Shown piece by piece: positions 45,610 through 56,216 of a stretch of 64,000 bases of DNA (positions are counted from its first letter, which is position 1; every line of letters starts with the position of its first letter). Below the pieces are notes generated by a model. It saw nothing but the letters and a program-made list of their open reading frames with translations. It searched no databases and was not told the origin of the DNA. This DNA comes from Escherichia coli. GTDB taxonomy: Bacteria; Pseudomonadota; Gammaproteobacteria; Enterobacterales; Enterobacteriaceae. The stretch lies in assembly GCF_011045215.1 (NCBI RefSeq), contig NZ_CP049201.1. One strand, 5' to 3'. The position numbers and the translations under genes are program-made.

Positions 45610-48582
45610 TTACCAGTGCACTCCAATGGTGAGAAACGCGTTGTTGCGCTCTCCGTTACGTTGATTAATCGCCTTAAAGGTATGTTGATACTCGACGCCG
45701 AGACTGACTTTGTGCGGCCAGGCGTCGTAGTGCGTCTCGCCGGTCCAGATATTCCAGCGGACCCCGACACCGCCAAGCTGCGCGCCCTGAGTGCCTTTAT
45801 CACGATAGCCGTTGTCCTGAACGTGAGCGTAAGGCTCAATAGTCTGTCCGTTAGCTACCTTCTGATGCCAGCTGACGCGATAATCTGCCGTCCACGCCTG
45901 AATATCCTGGCGGATATATTGCGCCGCATCGAGGTACAGGTTTTGGGCAAACCAGCCTGAACCGCTCGGGTGCCATTCGTCGCTGTATTTGCCGCCATTA
46001 AAGAATGAGGCGCTGGCGCGCAGCATGGTATCGGATGCGCCATTTTGCCCGTTCAGCGGCAACTGCTGTTCGACGGCGAGGAAAAAGATCTGATCGCGCA
46101 GCGGCTTCCAGCGTAGACCGGTGCCGGACATCGGATTTTTCACCGGCATCATCACCCCGTTTTCTCCGGTATCGGCAAAGACGCGGCTATAAACTGAAAG
46201 CAGGTCGCCTTCCAGCAGCATATTTCGTCCGATGCGGTATTCGGCTTCCAGTTGCCCGTAGCTACGATAGCTTTTCCCTGGCGCTGCGCCGCCGACATTA
46301 TTGTTAGCGGTACTCATTGCGCCGGAACGCAAGCCGATGGAAGAATCGAAACTGAACGTCCAGCGGCGACCGACCTCCTCATGCAAACGGCGGAAATTGA
46401 AGCGTTGCTGATTTTGTTCTGGCGTCAATGGGGTTATCAGCGCCTGATTATCAATGTCATCAATCACCAGCCGGGCGTAGTGCTGCGTCGCAGGCATGTC
46501 ATCCAGACGCTGGTTCACGTAGGCCAGTTGTCGGATCAGTGCCGGATCGTCCGGAAGCCCTTTTTGCGCCTGTTCGAGCATTTCCCGCGACTGTGCGATA
46601 TCACCGCTATCCCACAAGGCGTAACCAAGCGCTGCCTGGATGTTGCTATTATTCGGTTCCAGTTCCAGCGCGGCGCGCAAATCACTCACCGCGGCCGGGA
46701 CATTATGACGTTGGCGATAAATTGTCGCCCGCGCAACGTAAGCGTTGGCAGAAGGCGCAATATTGATTGAGCGCGTGAGATCGTTCAGTGCGAGTTCCGG
46801 CTGACCAGGAATGTAACGTTGCGCATGCAGCCACCAGTAGAGGGCATTGCTTCCCAGTCCACGTTGTTCTGCCTGTTGTAGCCAGCGATCGCGAGCCGCA
46901 CCATTTCCTGCCGCCTGGGCGGTATTGGCAGCAGCAAGCAGATCCTCATTGCTCATGTCGTGAAGACTGATTTTCTGCCAGGCCGCCAGTGCGGTGGCGT
47001 AGTCCTCAACCTGATACGCCTGATAGGCTACCGCACGATGTTGCCAGGCGTTCGGTTGTCGTTGTTCGGCCTGAAGCCATGCATACAACGCCACACCGGG
47101 TAGCGTGTCCCGATAACACTTTGCCAGACGGTTCCAGGCGGCGGCATCGTAGGAAGGCGACATATCGCCCAGCAAGCGAACTATTGCCGGGCAATTATCT
47201 GCAATACCCGGCAACTGACTTTGCCACTGACGTTGCTCCGCCAGCGGTAAGGGTTTCGATAAAATCGCCACCTTCGCCGGCGTTGCCAGGTAAGGATGAC
47301 TTTCCAGCAGAGACGCCAGTCGCGCCATTAAAGTCTGGCTGATACGCGCATCGCCCTGGAAAGGATAGCGTTGCAGCAATAAATCGGCAGCTTCCCGTGA
47401 CTGCTCGTTCTGCATCAGTTGCCAGGTTAGTTGATCCAGGCGGGTAAGATTTGCCGGTTCTTGCTGATACAGCAAGCGTGCCAGACGCAGAGCTTCAGCC
47501 TTGTTACGGGTCGCCACGCTGACAGCATAACGCTCCTCAAGCATTTCATTGGCGGGGAGGGTGGCGAGCAGTTTTTGCGCTGCGTCGTACTGACCTTCTT
47601 TTAACAGCACCGGTAGCGTCGCGCCAACAACATACTGGCGGTTATCGGCAAACTGCACCGTATAATTCGCCAATGCCTGAACGGGGTTGGCGCTGTATTT
47701 AGATAACAGATAGAGCCAACTTTTCTCTTGTGCGTCCGTGGTAAACAGCGGCTTATTTTCAATGAGATAATGCTGGAGGCGTGCTTTTTCGCCACGATAA
47801 GCCAGCGCGGTCGCGTAAGTAATATATGACTGAGGATCGGTGAAGATCCCCTGTGATTGCAGTGCCAGGATCCGATCGTCCAGCTGCCCGGCAAGAAGCA
47901 CGTCAAACCACTGACGGCGTTCTGCCGCGCTTAATGTGTTCTGCTGGCGTGCTTCATTGTATAGCGTATCTGCCTGGGACCATTGTTTCAGGTAGATTGC
48001 CCGTTGCAGCAGATCGGTTCGCAGCGTTTTTCCTTCCGGCGATGCAGCAAACGTCGCATCGTTCAGTTGCGCTCTGGCGACAGGTAACTGTGCCAGCCGC
48101 AGGGCATTCTGCCCGACTTCACTGCGACAACGCAGGGTCGGCGCAGCATCGCACGCTTTTTGCTGGGCAAGCAGTTCTTCAACAGTTGTAATGCTTTTCA
48201 CTTCAACCGGAATAGCCGCCAGACTGCGCTCAAGTCGGGCATCTCCTGGGTGACGTTTCAGTTGATCCTCAAGCAACAGCCGCGCCCGGTCATCATGACC
48301 AAAATGGCGATAGGCTTCCGCAAGGTATAAAGTCAGCGGAATATTATCCGGCACCTGCTGGTGTATATATTCAAATTCGCGGATGGCGGTTGCTTCGTCG
48401 TTATTTTTCTGTGCCTTCAGCGCCTTATCGAGACGGGGATAAATAACAAAATGGCGATAATCGCTCAGCCCCAGCTCTTCTGCGCTGGTGCCGATATTGT
48501 CTGCGAGTGCGCTGGTACTCAATAAAGACGTCAGCAGTAAACCAGACCATCCGATGACGCGATTAAGGTTATTCTCCTTCAT
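45610..48582 (-). CDS. nfrA: phage N4 adsorption protein A, outer-membrane TPR protein
   Basis: start at MKENNLNRVIG..., 990 aa. Confidence 0.9.
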   Translation of the reverse strand: MKENNLNRVIGWSGLLLTSLLSTSALADNIGTSAEELGLSDYRHFVIYPRLDKALKAQKNNDEATAIREFEYIHQQVPDNIPLTLYLAEAYRHFGHDDRARLLLEDQLKRHPGDARLERSLAAIPVEVKSITTVEELLAQQKACDAAPTLRCRSEVGQNALRLAQLPVARAQLNDATFAASPEGKTLRTDLLQRAIYLKQWSQADTLYNEARQQNTLSAAERRQWFDVLLAGQLDDRILALQSQGIFTDPQSYITYATALAYRGEKARLQHYLIENKPLFTTDAQEKSWLYLLSKYSANPVQALANYTVQFADNRQYVVGATLPVLLKEGQYDAAQKLLATLPANEMLEERYAVSVATRNKAEALRLARLLYQQEPANLTRLDQLTWQLMQNEQSREAADLLLQRYPFQGDARISQTLMARLASLLESHPYLATPAKVAILSKPLPLAEQRQWQSQLPGIADNCPAIVRLLGDMSPSYDAAAWNRLAKCYRDTLPGVALYAWLQAEQRQPNAWQHRAVAYQAYQVEDYATALAAWQKISLHDMSNEDLLAAANTAQAAGNGAARDRWLQQAEQRGLGSNALYWWLHAQRYIPGQPELALNDLTRSINIAPSANAYVARATIYRQRHNVPAAVSDLRAALELEPNNSNIQAALGYALWDSGDIAQSREMLEQAQKGLPDDPALIRQLAYVNQRLDDMPATQHYARLVIDDIDNQALITPLTPEQNQQRFNFRRLHEEVGRRWTFSFDSSIGLRSGAMSTANNNVGGAAPGKSYRSYGQLEAEYRIGRNMLLEGDLLSVYSRVFADTGENGVMMPVKNPMSGTGLRWKPLRDQIFFLAVEQQLPLNGQNGASDTMLRASASFFNGGKYSDEWHPSGSGWFAQNLYLDAAQYIRQDIQAWTADYRVSWHQKVANGQTIEPYAHVQDNGYRDKGTQGAQLGGVGVRWNIWTGETHYDAWPHKVSLGVEYQHTFKAINQRNGERNNAFLTIGVHW

Positions 48583-50806
48583 TTTCGGACTCCAGTTGCG
48601 CAACCTGTTCTGTGTTTAAACCTGCTTTGAGTAATAGTGATTGCATCGAAACTTGTAATTCGCGTTGAATTGTCAGGACGCGATCCAACGTTTCCTGGCT
48701 GATAACGCCTTCGGTGACCAAAAACTTGCCGAGCGGCAGAGAACTGCGTTCATGGCGCAATAACAACACGTTAATTGCTGAACGATTAATATGACCGAGC
48801 GTGGTCAGTATTTCGGCGAACAGGAACTGATGCGGCACATATTGCCGCCAGATTTCACCGGCCTGCTGTTCCGTGAGCCACTGATGCTGAACCGCATTGT
48901 ACAACATTGCCCGCGGATCGTGACCGCGTCGGCGTGCATACCAGTGACGTAACCCCGTGACAATTTGTCCCCGCAGAACAATGACGTAACGCACTTTGCG
49001 TCCGACTTTACGCGTCAGGGCCGCCAGCGAAACCGGGTCAATACCATCTTCACTGCCGACAATTAACTCATCATTTTCCAGACGCAGCGGCAGTACCGCA
49101 TAATGCAGCGCCACGGAGGCCGGCATTTCGGCAATCAGCGAGGAAGGGATCTGCCAGGCATCGATGGATTCCCACGCCACGCCGTTTTGCTCTGCCAGCG
49201 CCTGTGCCAGCTGCTCGGCGCTAATCAGCCCCTGCATCAGCATTGAACCGCCCAGGCGTAGACCTTCGACGCGATTACGCAGTGCTGTATCGAGTTGTTC
49301 TTCAGTGATGACCTGATTTTCCAGCAGAATTTGGCCTAACGGGCGCAACGAGCGGGTATCGCCAGTCACGCTGGGGAAGTCATGCGTTGTTTTATCCCAC
49401 GCGACGCGACGTGGATCGCCGTGTTGGAGTACCTGTTTTAGCGCGCGCCAGTTGGCCATGAAGTTAATCAGGTTGCCCCAGAAAAGACGCAGGACGGAAA
49501 GCAGCCCCTGCGTCAGGCCGTAGTAGCCAGTAACGAAAATCACCCGCTGCACGATGCGGTTAACCATCAAACCAAAGTTTAGCCACAGCAGGGTCATTAA
49601 CCATGCGCTGCCGCTGAAAATAGAAAGGAAATGCCAGGCATCGGGCCACAAACTTTCATACGCCAGCAACAGCAAAAGCTGGATCATCACCAGCATCGCG
49701 AGGAAGCTGACAAAGTTACTGATTGCCCCTTTGCGGTCGCGCCAGAGAAAGTAGTTCAGCGTCAGGCTGGAGGTCCATTTATGGGTTTTAAAGCCCTGGA
49801 AAACAATGCCGATGATCCAGCGGGATTTTTGTCGAACCGCAGTCGAAAAGGTATCGGGGAAATATTCGCGCACGCAGATCATGTTTGATGTCCGTGCGTG
49901 CTGTAAAAATTTACGCTGTTCGCGTTCTTTGGCTTCGTCCACCACCGGAAAACGGACAAAAATTTCCGTCATACCTTTTTCTTTCAGGCGGAAGCCAATG
50001 TCGTAATCTTCAGTAAGACTCTGCACGTCGAAAGCAATACCGTCACCGTCAGCTAACAGTGCGGTCACGGCGCGGCGGCTGAAACAGGTGCCGACGCCTG
50101 CGCTGGGCACTTGTCCGGCGAGGGCTTCACGCACCGGAACATCTTTGCCATGCAGCTCTGAAAACTCATCAATGTAAGTCATGCTGGTGAAGTGCGTCCA
50201 TTCGCGTTCAAACGGATACACTGGGATCTGAATCAGATCTTTACGCTCGACCAGATAGTTGAACAGACGCAATTCCATCGGTGAAATCACATCTTCGGCG
50301 TCATGCAGAATAAAACCAGCAAAAGCGAAATTGGCGCTACGCTCAAACTGGGTGATGGCGTCCAGCACGTTGTTCAGACAGTCGGCTTTGCTGGTGGGGC
50401 CAGGACGCGCGCAGACTACCTTATGCACATTCGGGAAGCGAGCGCACACTTCGTCAACATCACGCTGAGTATCGGGGTCGTTGGGGTAGGTGCCAACAAA
50501 GATATGATAGTTTTCGTAGTCGAGCGTGGTCGCCGCCAGCTCGGCCATATTGCCGATGACGCCCGTTTCATTCCACGCCGGAACCATAATCGCTAACGGT
50601 TTTTCATCTGGTTTATACAGTTCGCGGTAACTCATTCGCGGGTAGCGGCGATAAACACTCAACTTGCGTTTAATGCGGCGTACCCAGTAGACGACATCAA
50701 TAAAAAAATCGTCCAGCCCGCTGATGAACATGATGACCGCTAACGTTATCGCGATTACTTTTAAGCCATAGAGCCAGGTAGCAAAAACATCAAGAAGCCA
50801 GTCCAC
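48569..50806 (-). CDS. nfrB: phage N4 adsorption protein B, inner-membrane glycosyltransferase
   Basis: 745 aa; overlaps nfrA start. Confidence 0.9.
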   Translation of the reverse strand: MDWLLDVFATWLYGLKVIAITLAVIMFISGLDDFFIDVVYWVRRIKRKLSVYRRYPRMSYRELYKPDEKPLAIMVPAWNETGVIGNMAELAATTLDYENYHIFVGTYPNDPDTQRDVDEVCARFPNVHKVVCARPGPTSKADCLNNVLDAITQFERSANFAFAGFILHDAEDVISPMELRLFNYLVERKDLIQIPVYPFEREWTHFTSMTYIDEFSELHGKDVPVREALAGQVPSAGVGTCFSRRAVTALLADGDGIAFDVQSLTEDYDIGFRLKEKGMTEIFVRFPVVDEAKEREQRKFLQHARTSNMICVREYFPDTFSTAVRQKSRWIIGIVFQGFKTHKWTSSLTLNYFLWRDRKGAISNFVSFLAMLVMIQLLLLLAYESLWPDAWHFLSIFSGSAWLMTLLWLNFGLMVNRIVQRVIFVTGYYGLTQGLLSVLRLFWGNLINFMANWRALKQVLQHGDPRRVAWDKTTHDFPSVTGDTRSLRPLGQILLENQVITEEQLDTALRNRVEGLRLGGSMLMQGLISAEQLAQALAEQNGVAWESIDAWQIPSSLIAEMPASVALHYAVLPLRLENDELIVGSEDGIDPVSLAALTRKVGRKVRYVIVLRGQIVTGLRHWYARRRGHDPRAMLYNAVQHQWLTEQQAGEIWRQYVPHQFLFAEILTTLGHINRSAINVLLLRHERSSLPLGKFLVTEGVISQETLDRVLTIQRELQVSMQSLLLKAGLNTEQVAQLESENEGE

Positions 50807-50955
50807 ACAAAAACCTTACATTAACGCTGGTTATGTTTAGGGTGGCGTATATTAAGGTTTTTTATGAATTGTGACAGCTTTTTACCATTAATAGGTATGA
50901 CTATTGCGGCACGTTATTTTTACACTGGTTATAAAAGTTGCCGTTTGCTGAAGGA

Positions 50956-52398
50956 TTAAGCGGGTAATGTGATAACAAATCTTGTTCCCCGCGCATCTGA
51001 CGTTACTGCAACCGTGCCTTTATGTGCGACAACAATCGATTTCACTATCGCCAGCCCAATGCCGCTACCTTCGCCTTTTCGTTGGCGGGAGGGGTCAACG
51101 CGGTAGAAACGGTCAAACAATCGCGGTAAGTGCTCGGGCGCAATGGGCGTACCGGGGTTTTCGACGATAACTTGCACCAGATGATCGACCGTCTGGCAGC
51201 GCACTACAATAGCCTCTCCGGGTGGCGTATAACGCAGGGCGTTCGAAAGCAGGTTGCTTAACGCCCGACGCAGCATCAGCGGATCGCCCGCAACCTGGCA
51301 CTCGTCGCCAACAAACTGCAGCTCCACGCCGCGATCTTCCGCTAAAGCCTCGAAAAAATCGAACACTTTGCCGACTTCATCCGCCAGGTTGAGCATTTTC
51401 TTTTCGGGGATTAACTGGTTGTTATCGGCCTGGGCGAGAAACAGCATATCGCTGACCATTTTCGCCATTCGCGTCAGCTCTTCGAGATTAGAGTAGAGCA
51501 CATCTTCCAGCTCCTTCTGGCTGCGCGACTGGCTGAGGGCGATTTCCGTTTGCGTTATGAGATTAGTAATTGGTGTGCGAATTTCGTGGGCGATATCCGC
51601 TGAGAAATTGGACTGGCGGGTAAAGACATCCTCAATACGCTCGATCATATGGTTGAACGACAGTACCAGCTGTTCCAGCTCAATCGGCACGGTCTGCGGG
51701 TCAAGGCGGACGTCGAGATCTTTCGAGGTGATATTCTGGATTTGACGGCTGACGCTGCGGATCGGCGCGTGACCTTTATGAACCGCCAATAGCACGATAA
51801 AGACGATCAGGATGCTGATGACCGATGCGGTCATAATAAGTTTATTCATCAAATCATTTATGTAATGAAGATGAAAATCGATCGAAAGCGCGATGTAGAG
51901 CGTATAAATCGGTTTGCCGTCAACCAGTGAGCCAACTGGCAAACTGATCATCCGCCAGTTGCTGTGTTCCATATGCCCGTGACCGTGGCCTGGCATCATC
52001 ATCGTCGGGCCGGAGAGGAGAAACACCTCGCCGCCCCGCGCGTCTTTATCGGGTATGGCATCGCGCGCAAACTCGCGGATATCAGGCGCACCGGGGGAGT
52101 GATACACCGTTTTACCGTGGCTATCTGCCAGGGAAATCAACACATTGGAATAACCACTGACGATATCTTCCAGCGTCATTAAGCGTCGGGCTTGCGTTTC
52201 GTCAGGGTGATTTAGTACGCGTTCAAGGGTGGCACTAATCTCTTTTAAATCATTAATATCCTGCTCGGCAAAATGCACTTTTACTGAGTGGATCATGATC
52301 CATGCAAAGGCGAAAAACGCCGCGATGGTGGCCAGGCTGATAAAAAAGGTCAGGCGGGTTGCCAGCGAAAACGGGCGCTGAAATGGCTTACTGACCAT
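50956..52398 (-). CDS. cusS: copper/silver sensor histidine kinase
   Basis: start at MVSKPFQRP..., 480 aa; HisKA and HATPase motifs. Confidence 0.9.
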
Positions 52399-53071
52399 CC
52401 GGCACCTCAAGCATGTAACCCACGCCGCGCACGGTTTGAATCAGCTTCGGCTCAAAGTCGTTGTCGATTTTGCCGCGTAGCCGCTTCACCGCCACATCAA
52501 TGGCGTTAGTGTCGCTGTCAAAATTCATGTCCCATACCTGCGAGGCGATAAGCGAGCGGGGCAGCACTTCGCCCTGATGGCGGAGAAAAAACTCCAGCAG
52601 AGTAAACTCTTTACTGGTCAGAGTGATGCGCGTGCCGCTGCGGGTGACTTTGCGGCTGACGAGATCGACCATCAAATCGGCAACCTGAAACTGACTTTCG
52701 ATAATCACCGCCGCCCCGCGCCGCAGGAGAGTGCGCACCCGCGCCAGCAGTTCAGCAAACGCGAACGGCTTCACCAGATAGTCATCGGCCCCCAACTCCA
52801 GCCCCTTGACGCGATGTTCAATGGTGCCAAGCGCGGTAAGCAACAGAATCGGCATCCCTTTATTGGCGGAGCGCAACATGCGCACGATATCCCAGCCGTT
52901 CACGTCCGGCAGCATAATATCGAGGATTATCAGGTCATAATCTCCGGTCATCGCCAGATGGTAGCCATTCAGCCCGTTGTCGGCCAAATCGACCACAAAA
53001 CCGGCTTCGGTTAACCCTTTGGTCAAGTATTCTCCGGTTTTCTTTTCATCTTCGACAATCAACAGTTTCAT
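52388..53071 (-). CDS. cusR: copper/silver response regulator (OmpR family)
   Basis: 227 aa; overlaps cusS start. Confidence 0.9.
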
Positions 53072-53136
53072 ATTTCCTCCGCATGTTGCCCGGGCAATTC
53101 TAGAGTAGCGGGATCAGATGGCAATCGCTTATTGGC

Positions 53137-53158
53137 AAAATGACAATTTTGTCATTTT
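53137..53158. promoter_or_regulatory. CusR box in the cusRS / cusCFBA divergent promoter region
   Basis: perfect palindrome AAAATGACAATTTTGTCATTTT. Confidence 0.75.
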
Positions 53159-53227
53159 CCTGTCACCGGAAAATCAGAGCCTGGCGAGTAAAGTTGGCGG
53201 TATAAAATCACCAGAAATTATGAGCCT

Positions 53228-54610
53228 ATGTCTCCTTGTAAACTTCTGCCATTTTGTGTGGCCCTTGCGCTAACCGGTTGTTCACTGGCACCGGATTATC
53301 AGCGCCCGGCAATGCCCGTACCGCAGCAGTTCTCACTCAGCCAGAACGGCCTGGTTAACGCAGCAGATAACTATCAGAACGCGGGCTGGCGCACCTTTTT
53401 TGTTGATAATCAGGTGAAGACGCTGATTAGCGAGGCGCTGGAGAATAACCGGGATTTGCGCATGGCGACGCTGAAAGTGCAGGAGGCACGGGCGCAATAT
53501 CGTCTGACTGATGCCGACCGCTACCCACAGCTCAATGGTGAGGGCAGCGGCAGCTGGAGCGGCAATCTTAAAGGCGATTCAGCCACGACGCGGGAGTTTT
53601 CTACTGGCCTTAACGCCAGCTTTGACCTCGATTTTTTCGGGCGCTTAAAGAACATGAGCGAAGCCGAGCGACAAAATTATTTAGCCACTGAGGAAGCTCA
53701 GCGCGCGGTGCATATTCTGCTGGTTTCTAATGTCGCGCAAAGCTATTTCAATCAGCAGCTGGCGTATGCGCAATTGCAAATAGCCGAAGAAACGCTGCGT
53801 AATTATCAGCAGTCATATGCGTTTGTCGAAAAACAACTGTTGACAGGTAGCAGTAATGTTCTGGCGCTGGAACAGGCTCGCGGGGTGATTGAAAGTACCC
53901 GCAGCGACATCGCTAAACGTCAGGGGGAACTGGCGCAGGCGAATAATGCATTGCAACTGTTACTGGGAAGCTACGGCAAGCTGCCGCAAGCGCAGACAGT
54001 AAACAGCGACAGCCTGCAAAGCGTTAAATTACCGGCGGGCTTGTCGTCGCAAATCTTATTGCAGCGCCCGGATATTATGGAAGCTGAACACGCGTTAATG
54101 GCGGCTAATGCCAATATTGGTGCTGCACGTGCAGCATTTTTCCCGTCTATCAGCCTGACCAGCGGAATATCAACCGCCAGCAGCGATCTGTCGTCATTAT
54201 TTAACGCCAGCAGCGGGATGTGGAATTTTATTCCTAAAATTGAGATCCCCATTTTTAATGCCGGACGCAACCAGGCCAATCTGGATATCGCCGAAATTCG
54301 CCAGCAGCAGTCGGTGGTGAATTATGAACAGAAAATCCAGAACGCCTTTAAAGAAGTGGCAGATGCGCTGGCATTACGTCAAAGCCTGAACGATCAAATT
54401 AGCGCCCAGCAGCGTTATCTGGCGTCGCTGCAAATTACTTTGCAACGGGCGCGGGCATTATATCAGCACGGCGCGGTAAGTTATCTGGAAGTGCTGGATG
54501 CCGAGCGTTCTTTATTTGCAACCCGACAAACCTTACTTGACCTGAATTATGCCCGTCAGGTCAACGAAATTTCTTTATATACCGCACTTGGTGGCGGTTG
54601 GCAGCAATAA
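53228..54610 (+). CDS. cusC: copper/silver efflux outer-membrane factor
   Basis: 460 aa; lipoprotein signal peptide with LTGCS lipobox. Confidence 0.9.
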   Translation: MSPCKLLPFCVALALTGCSLAPDYQRPAMPVPQQFSLSQNGLVNAADNYQNAGWRTFFVDNQVKTLISEALENNRDLRMATLKVQEARAQYRLTDADRYPQLNGEGSGSWSGNLKGDSATTREFSTGLNASFDLDFFGRLKNMSEAERQNYLATEEAQRAVHILLVSNVAQSYFNQQLAYAQLQIAEETLRNYQQSYAFVEKQLLTGSSNVLALEQARGVIESTRSDIAKRQGELAQANNALQLLLGSYGKLPQAQTVNSDSLQSVKLPAGLSSQILLQRPDIMEAEHALMAANANIGAARAAFFPSISLTSGISTASSDLSSLFNASSGMWNFIPKIEIPIFNAGRNQANLDIAEIRQQQSVVNYEQKIQNAFKEVADALALRQSLNDQISAQQRYLASLQITLQRARALYQHGAVSYLEVLDAERSLFATRQTLLDLNYARQVNEISLYTALGGGWQQ

Positions 54611-54633
54611 TTTTTAACTCCAGGAGAGAATAA

Positions 54634-54966
54634 ATGAAAAAAGCACTGCAAGTCGCAATGTTCAGTCTGTTTACCGTTATTGGCTTTAATGCCCAGGCTA
54701 ACGAACATCATCATGAAACCATGAGCGAAGCACAACCACAGGTCATTAGTGCTACCGGCGTGGTAAAAGGTGTTGATCTGGAAAGCAAAAAAATCACCAT
54801 CCATCACGATCCGATTGCTGCCGTGAACTGGCCGGAGATGACCATGCGCTTTACCATCACTCCGCAGACGAAAATGAGTGAAATTAAAACTGGCGACAAA
54901 GTGGCGTTTAATTTTGTCCAGCAGGGCAACCTTTCTTTATTACAGGATATTAAAGTCAGCCAGTAA
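54634..54966 (+). CDS. cusF: periplasmic copper chaperone
   Basis: 110 aa with signal peptide. Confidence 0.9.
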   Translation: MKKALQVAMFSLFTVIGFNAQANEHHHETMSEAQPQVISATGVVKGVDLESKKITIHHDPIAAVNWPEMTMRFTITPQTKMSEIKTGDKVAFNFVQQGNLSLLQDIKVSQ

Positions 54967-54981
54967 CCCAGGTTTAATGAG

Positions 54982-56205
54982 ATGAAAAAAATCGCGCTTA
55001 TTATCGGCAGCATGATCGCGGGCGGTATTATTTCTGCGGCAGGTTTTACCTGGTTTGCAAAGGCTGAACCACCCGCAGAAAAAACGTCGACCGCAGAACG
55101 TAAAATCTTATTCTGGTACGACCCGATGTATCCCAATACGCGGTTCGATAAACCAGGTAAATCGCCGTTTATGGATATGGATCTGGTGCCGAAATATGCC
55201 GATGAAGAGAGTTCTGCGTCTGGTGTGCGCATTGACCCGACTCAGACGCAGAATCTGGGGGTGAAAACGGCTACCGTCACGCGCGGGCCGCTGACTTTTG
55301 CCCAGAGTTTCCCGGCGAATGTCAGTTACAACGAGTATCAGTATGCCATTGTGCAGGCTCGCGCCGCCGGGTTTATCGACAAGGTGTATCCGCTTACCGT
55401 GGGCGATAAAGTGCAAAAGGGCACACCGCTTCTCGACCTGACCATTCCCGACTGGGTGGAAGCGCAGAGTGAGTATTTACTGCTGCGCGAAACCGGCGGT
55501 ACGGCGACCCAGACTGAAGGCATTCTTGAGCGGCTGCGACTGGCGGGAATGCCGGAGGCGGATATTCGCCGCCTGATCGCCACGCAAAAAATCCAGACTC
55601 GCTTTACGCTCAAAGCACCCATTGATGGCGTGATCACCGCGTTTGATCTGCGCGCGGGAATGAATATCGCCAAAGATAACGTGGTAGCGAAAATTCAGGG
55701 TATGGACCCGGTGTGGGTCACTGCTGCGATCCCGGAGTCCATCGCCTGGCTGGTGAAAGATGCCTCGCAGTTTACGCTCACCGTTCCGGCGCGACCTGAT
55801 AAAACACTCACCATCCGCAAATGGACGCTACTACCTGGCGTGGATGCCGCGACCCGCACGCTGCAGCTGCGTCTGGAAGTCGACAACGCCGACGAGGCGC
55901 TAAAACCGGGAATGAACGCCTGGTTGCAACTCAATACCGCCAGCGAACCGATGCTGCTCATTCCGTCACAAGCGCTGATTGATACCGGCAACGAACAGCG
56001 GGTGATTACCGTTGATGCCGACGGGCGCTTTGTACCGAAACGCGTTGCCGTTTTCCAGGCATCGCAAGGTGTCACCGCGTTACGCTCTGGTCTGGCGGAA
56101 GGTGAAAAGGTGGTTTCCAGCGGCCTGTTCCTGATTGATTCCGAAGCCAATATTTCTGGCGCACTGGAGCGGATGCGCTCTGAAACTGCTACCCATGCGC
56201 ATTGA
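54982..56205 (+). CDS. cusB: copper/silver efflux membrane fusion protein
   Basis: 407 aa. Confidence 0.9.
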   Translation: MKKIALIIGSMIAGGIISAAGFTWFAKAEPPAEKTSTAERKILFWYDPMYPNTRFDKPGKSPFMDMDLVPKYADEESSASGVRIDPTQTQNLGVKTATVTRGPLTFAQSFPANVSYNEYQYAIVQARAAGFIDKVYPLTVGDKVQKGTPLLDLTIPDWVEAQSEYLLLRETGGTATQTEGILERLRLAGMPEADIRRLIATQKIQTRFTLKAPIDGVITAFDLRAGMNIAKDNVVAKIQGMDPVWVTAAIPESIAWLVKDASQFTLTVPARPDKTLTIRKWTLLPGVDAATRTLQLRLEVDNADEALKPGMNAWLQLNTASEPMLLIPSQALIDTGNEQRVITVDADGRFVPKRVAVFQASQGVTALRSGLAEGEKVVSSGLFLIDSEANISGALERMRSETATHAH

Positions 56206-56216
56206 GGGAATAACCA

